Positions 60,429 to 64,000 of a stretch of 64,000 nt of DNA are shown here, piece after piece. The stretch is taken from assembly GCA_963765005.1 (NCBI GenBank), contig CAVXUP010000002.1:133640-197639 (forward strand), written 5' to 3'. The position numbers and the translations under genes are program-made. Position 1 is the stretch's first letter. The number at the start of each line of letters is the position of its first letter. The stretch comes from an uncultured Bacteroidales bacterium (GTDB taxonomy: Bacteria; Bacteroidota; Bacteroidia; Bacteroidales; VadinHA17). The notes under the pieces are model-generated. The model was not told where the DNA came from. It saw nothing but the letters and a program-made list of their open reading frames with translations, and searched no databases.

Positions 60429-61646
60429 ATGAAATTATTCTACTCATTATCAGCAGCGATACTTTTGCTTTCGGGCTGTACCTCCGGTGAAGAAAAACTT
60501 ATCAGCCAGGCTGACCGAATACATGAAGCAATACTCACCGTCGATACGCATTGTGATACTCCGATGGATTTTTCAGATCCTGATTTCGATCTTGGAGTGA
60601 GGCATGATGAGGGATGTGTTGACTTTCCCCGGATGGTTGAGGGTGGGCTTCATGCTGAGTTCTTTGCCGTTTTCATCGGACAGGGACCAAGAAATGATTC
60701 GTCATTCAATAAGGTTAACAACGATGCCCTTGAAATATTCAATGCAATACACAGGAATGTGGAAAAAAATTCGGCTATGGCTGAAATAGCAGTGAGTTAC
60801 GACGATGCTTACAGACTTAAAAAAGCAGGTAAGATCGCTGCATTCATAGGCCTCGAGAATGGTTATCCTATTGGATCCGATCTATCAAGGGTAAAACAAT
60901 ATTACGATCTTGGGGCAAGGTATATTACACTTTGCCATACTTCGAATAATGATATCTGTGACTCCTCAAACGACCGGAAGGGGCCTGAGCATGACGGCCT
61001 GTCGGAGTTTGGCAAAGAGGTTGTAAAAGAGATGAACCGACTCGGAATGATGGTTGATGTTTCGCATATTTCCGATAAATCGTTTTACGATGTTCTCAGC
61101 GTGACCCAGACTCCTGTAATTGCTTCACACTCTTCATGCAGGGCGCTATGCAGCAGTCCGAGGAACCTTACCGACGATATGTTGCTTGCCCTTAAACAAA
61201 ACGGTGGTGTTATCCAGATTTGCATACTCAGTGATTATCTCAAAACACCGGAGCCCAATCCTGAAAGAGAAGCAAAACTAAAGGAGCTCCAGGCTAAGTA
61301 TGGTGATTACGCTGCTCTTCCCGAGGACGTGAAAAAGAAGATGAGAGAGGAATATCGTGCTATACAGAAACAATATGAGAAGCTTGCAACCGTAAAGGAT
61401 GTGGTAGACCATATTGATCATGTGGTACAGGTAGCCGGCATTGACTTTGTTGGCATAGGAACCGATTTCGACGGTGGGGGAAAGGTTGCTGACTGCAGCA
61501 CAGCTGCTGAAATGAAAAACATCACAATTGAGCTTCTTCGCCGTGGTTACTCTAAAAAAGATATAACCAAGATCTGGGGCGCAAATGTTATGCGGGTCCT
61601 GAAAAATGTTGAGGGCAAAGCTGCCGCTGCCAATGCTCCGGCATAA
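60429..61646 (+). CDS. Membrane dipeptidase (peptidase family M19) lipoprotein
   Basis: Start MKLFYSLSAAILLLSGC (lipobox) preferred over 60387. Motifs DTHCDTP, LCHTSNN, VDVSH, ASHSS and GTDFDGG. Confidence 0.88.
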   Translation: MKLFYSLSAAILLLSGCTSGEEKLISQADRIHEAILTVDTHCDTPMDFSDPDFDLGVRHDEGCVDFPRMVEGGLHAEFFAVFIGQGPRNDSSFNKVNNDALEIFNAIHRNVEKNSAMAEIAVSYDDAYRLKKAGKIAAFIGLENGYPIGSDLSRVKQYYDLGARYITLCHTSNNDICDSSNDRKGPEHDGLSEFGKEVVKEMNRLGMMVDVSHISDKSFYDVLSVTQTPVIASHSSCRALCSSPRNLTDDMLLALKQNGGVIQICILSDYLKTPEPNPEREAKLKELQAKYGDYAALPEDVKKKMREEYRAIQKQYEKLATVKDVVDHIDHVVQVAGIDFVGIGTDFDGGGKVADCSTAAEMKNITIELLRRGYSKKDITKIWGANVMRVLKNVEGKAAAANAPA

Positions 61647-61662
61647 GGCAATTATGAGCTGC

Positions 61663-62739
61663 TTAAAGCTTAACCCTTGAAAACCGTAGTGTTTTGAGCA
61701 TCCACGACGGAAGAGATTTATGAGGATTTCTTCCGCGGAGGTCAAGATACCAGCCAAATTTCTTCAGTATAGGGAGCTTGTGGGTTTCAACAAACTCAAT
61801 CAGCGTGCCATCGGGGTCTGCAATATATGAGAAATGTCCAGCCGCTTCGCCCATGTCAAAACTGTTTCCCTCATGACTCTTCTTACTGTCGACAGTAAAG
61901 GGGAAGCCGACACTTTCTGAGTAGGCCTTCAGTTCATCCATTCCCCTTACATCATAGCAAAGGTGAATGAATCCGAGATCCCCCCAGAACCGCCCTTCGT
62001 AGATCTTCTTCCCTGGTTGCCGGGTTGAAGCAATAAGTTCAATAACGCTGTCGCCAAGCATCTTGCTGAAAGGACCTGAGAAAGGGACAGATCTTTTCAG
62101 GAGTATACGCCTGACTTCTGTATCCCCTCCATTCAGGACGGCAAGATCACTGAAGATCCCTGTTTTGTCATAAACAACCTCATCATATCCGAGAATGCCG
62201 GAATAAACGATTCTTGCCTTTTCGACATCTGAAACGCCAATAATTGCCCCGTATGAACCGCCGGTTGGTTTATTTTCATTCATAAACCAGTCAGATGCCT
62301 CAACTACCTGGAAAACATTTGAATAAGGGTCTTTTAAGAAGAATGTCTTCCTGCCGGTCGGATCAGTTGAAGCTTCAGAGAGGAGAGGGGTACCCTGCTT
62401 TTTATAGAAAGCAAGCGACTCATCGATACTCCTTGCTTTTATCTTGCATGCAATTATTCCAAGGTCACCAAGCATTATCTCATCTTTAATGGCAAGCGGA
62501 TCCCTTCCCTTGTACTGCCAGATCTCGAACCCTCCGCCGCTTTGAAGGTTGAGTGCCAGCGCTGCATGCCTGCTTCGTGGTTCTCCCCCGGTGTATGGAA
62601 GCATTAATTTTGCTACGGCCTCATCCTCAAAGATCCGGCAATCCATTCCAAACCGGCTTATGTACCATTTCCATGCCTCAGCAACATTTCTTACTCCTAT
62701 GCCTATCTGTTGTATCCCGCTGATCACATAATCTTTCAT
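61663..62739 (-). CDS. VOC-superfamily (glyoxalase/dioxygenase-fold) protein, multi-module
   Basis: 358 aa with repeated beta-alpha-beta-beta-beta modules (GIQQIGIGVRNVAEAWKWY, HLCYDVRGMDE, DPDGTLIEFVE). Confidence 0.6.
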   Translation of the reverse strand: MKDYVISGIQQIGIGVRNVAEAWKWYISRFGMDCRIFEDEAVAKLMLPYTGGEPRSRHAALALNLQSGGGFEIWQYKGRDPLAIKDEIMLGDLGIIACKIKARSIDESLAFYKKQGTPLLSEASTDPTGRKTFFLKDPYSNVFQVVEASDWFMNENKPTGGSYGAIIGVSDVEKARIVYSGILGYDEVVYDKTGIFSDLAVLNGGDTEVRRILLKRSVPFSGPFSKMLGDSVIELIASTRQPGKKIYEGRFWGDLGFIHLCYDVRGMDELKAYSESVGFPFTVDSKKSHEGNSFDMGEAAGHFSYIADPDGTLIEFVETHKLPILKKFGWYLDLRGRNPHKSLPSWMLKTLRFSRVKL

Positions 62740-62780
62740 ATGGTAATAGTTTATTCGTATTTACTATCTTCATTGTATAT

Positions 62781-62871
62781 CTTGTATAAACGCGATGCAT
62801 CGCGTTTTTACAAGATGCACGATGTTTCTACAAGATGTTCGACGTTTCTCGATGCATCGCGTTTCTGCATC
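62781..62871. repeat. REP-like palindromic elements (family A), one near-complete copy plus degenerate copies
   Basis: CTTGTATAAACGCGATGCATCGCGTTTTTACAAG at 62781-62814, followed by ATGCACGATGTTTCTACAAG and ...CGTTTCTCGATGCATCGCGTTTCTGC. Confidence 0.75.
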
Positions 62872-63676
62872 AGGTGTTTTTTATCTTATCTGCTATCCTG
62901 AAAAACAGCCATGGCAGAAACCTTCTAATATAGAGCATCAGCAATTCGCTTTTGCCTACAAGGATCTCCCTTTTATTTTTTCTTATCCCTTTTATTATTG
63001 TTTTGGCAGCCTCCTGAGGAGATACTCCTTTTGCCTGTCCGTCGTCGAGTTTTCCGTGAGGTCTCCCGTCACTTTCGAGAGCGTTGAACGAAATTGAAGT
63101 CCTCACTCTTCCCGGGATAATAATCGATGCTCTTATATTATTTATCTTATTCTCGAGATAAAGAGTTTCTATAAATCCATGCAGTGCCTGTTTTGAGGCC
63201 GAATAGGCTGAACGGAGAGGAAATCCGAATCTTCCTGAAATGCTGCTTGTAGCGAGAATGTGTCCTGATTTCTGCCTTATCATGTATGGCAGTACAGCCT
63301 TGGTAAGTGCAATAGTCCCAAAGTAGTTGATCTCAAAGATCTTTCTGTCGAGCCATATGGGAGTTTCCTCTATCCTTGCCCTCTGGCTTATCCCTCCGAT
63401 ATTCAACAAGTAGTCAATACTTCCATGCTGGCTTACCTGTTTATCAACAAGGTTTATAATTTCAGAAGTTTCAGACAGGTCAAAAGGTGCAAGATGGACA
63501 TGGTCTGATTTTTCATTACAGGCTGCTTTTACCCGCTCAAGACCCGGCAGGTCCTGTGATGAAGCAATTATTACTGCTCCGAGCCGGCTGAATTCATATA
63601 CGAGTGCTTCGCCAATACCTGAGGAAGCGCCGGTTATCCATACCACCTTGCCTGTGAACATATTATTCTTACTCAT
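62870..63676 (-). CDS. Short-chain dehydrogenase/reductase (SDR)
   Basis: Start MSKNNMFTGKVVWITGASSGIGEAL at 63676 (TGxxxGxG); catalytic YSASKQAL. Confidence 0.9.
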   Translation of the reverse strand: MSKNNMFTGKVVWITGASSGIGEALVYEFSRLGAVIIASSQDLPGLERVKAACNEKSDHVHLAPFDLSETSEIINLVDKQVSQHGSIDYLLNIGGISQRARIEETPIWLDRKIFEINYFGTIALTKAVLPYMIRQKSGHILATSSISGRFGFPLRSAYSASKQALHGFIETLYLENKINNIRASIIIPGRVRTSISFNALESDGRPHGKLDDGQAKGVSPQEAAKTIIKGIRKNKREILVGKSELLMLYIRRFLPWLFFRIADKIKNT

Positions 63677-63677
63677 C

Positions 63678-64000
63678 TTATAATTCCGAAACAAGCCTGA
63701 CAAGCTCATTGTAGTTCTTCCAAAGTATTTCAAAATCGCTGTTCTTCTGCTTGATCAGCTTTCTGATTCTGAACCCTCCAATTATGCGGCGGAACTGCAA
63801 ATAGTAGTTCCATGCAAATAATCCAGACAGTGGAATTGTAAGGAAAACCAATAAAGCAAGCCACCAGGGCGAAATGAAGATAAGCAGCAGGATCAGTGCC
63901 AGGGGCACCAGGATAAATGCCATTATCAGTGATAGTGCATATCTGATGGATGAGTGGAACTGAGGATCGCGGATCTTTCGGATCTGAAGATTCGGGATTT
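63678..64000 (-). CDS. Membrane protein, 5' partial (frame stays open to the window end)
   Basis: The reading frame upstream of the ORF-track Met at 63923 has no stop through 63998. Two TM segments (AFILVPLALILLLIF, WWLALLVFLTIPL). Function unknown. Confidence 0.5.
   Translation of the reverse strand, partial: IPNLQIRKIRDPQFHSSIRYALSLIMAFILVPLALILLLIFISPWWLALLVFLTIPLSGLFAWNYYLQFRRIIGGFRIRKLIKQKNSDFEILWKNYNELVRLVSEL

Overview
The window looks like a chromosomal segment of a Bacteroidota (Bacteroidia-like) genome. This is inferred from TAnnTTTG-type -7 promoter boxes, absence of tuf between fusA and rpsJ, gldD/gldE gliding genes, T9SS C-terminal sorting tails, and an ssb-gldE-gldD arrangement. 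It opens with a TolC/adaptor/RND efflux operon followed by a small P-II-like gene, a TorF-like porin and a divergent EF-G paralogue. The core is an uninterrupted str-S10-spc-alpha ribosomal super-operon (rpsL to rplQ, 9.2-26.9 kb, including secY, map, infA, rpmJ, rpoA), followed by eno. The rest is housekeeping and envelope genes: a UbiD-like decarboxylase, a PP2C phosphatase convergent with a hybrid sensor kinase, hisS-hutH, ychF, a T9SS M14 carboxypeptidase, an AlkP-family enzyme, GGGP-synthase-like and PPTase genes, HU, RNase G, DsbD, an ECF sigma operon, lnt, a LysE exporter, an M19 dipeptidase, and VOC and SDR enzymes. The most interesting unexplained signal is a ~0.5-kb ORF-free, hairpin-dense unit at about 28.58-29.08 kb between eno and the UbiD-like gene. 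It has its own Bacteroidota-type promoter box and a strong intrinsic terminator, and I read it as a candidate large structured ncRNA of no class I can recognise. Other notable items are a dispersed perfect-palindrome REP-like family at three loci and a Y1 HUH (RAYT/IS200-like) transposase embedded in a 51-bp tandem REP array with inverted flanks. There is also an EF-G paralogue lacking the catalytic His and the NKxD Lys, a hybrid histidine kinase with no detectable ATP-binding motifs, a secreted Tyr/Pro/Ser low-complexity protein, and two sub-threshold ribosomal-type mini-ORFs. No tRNA, rRNA, CRISPR array or prophage was seen. All calls come from reading the sequence and ORF translations; no database search was run.
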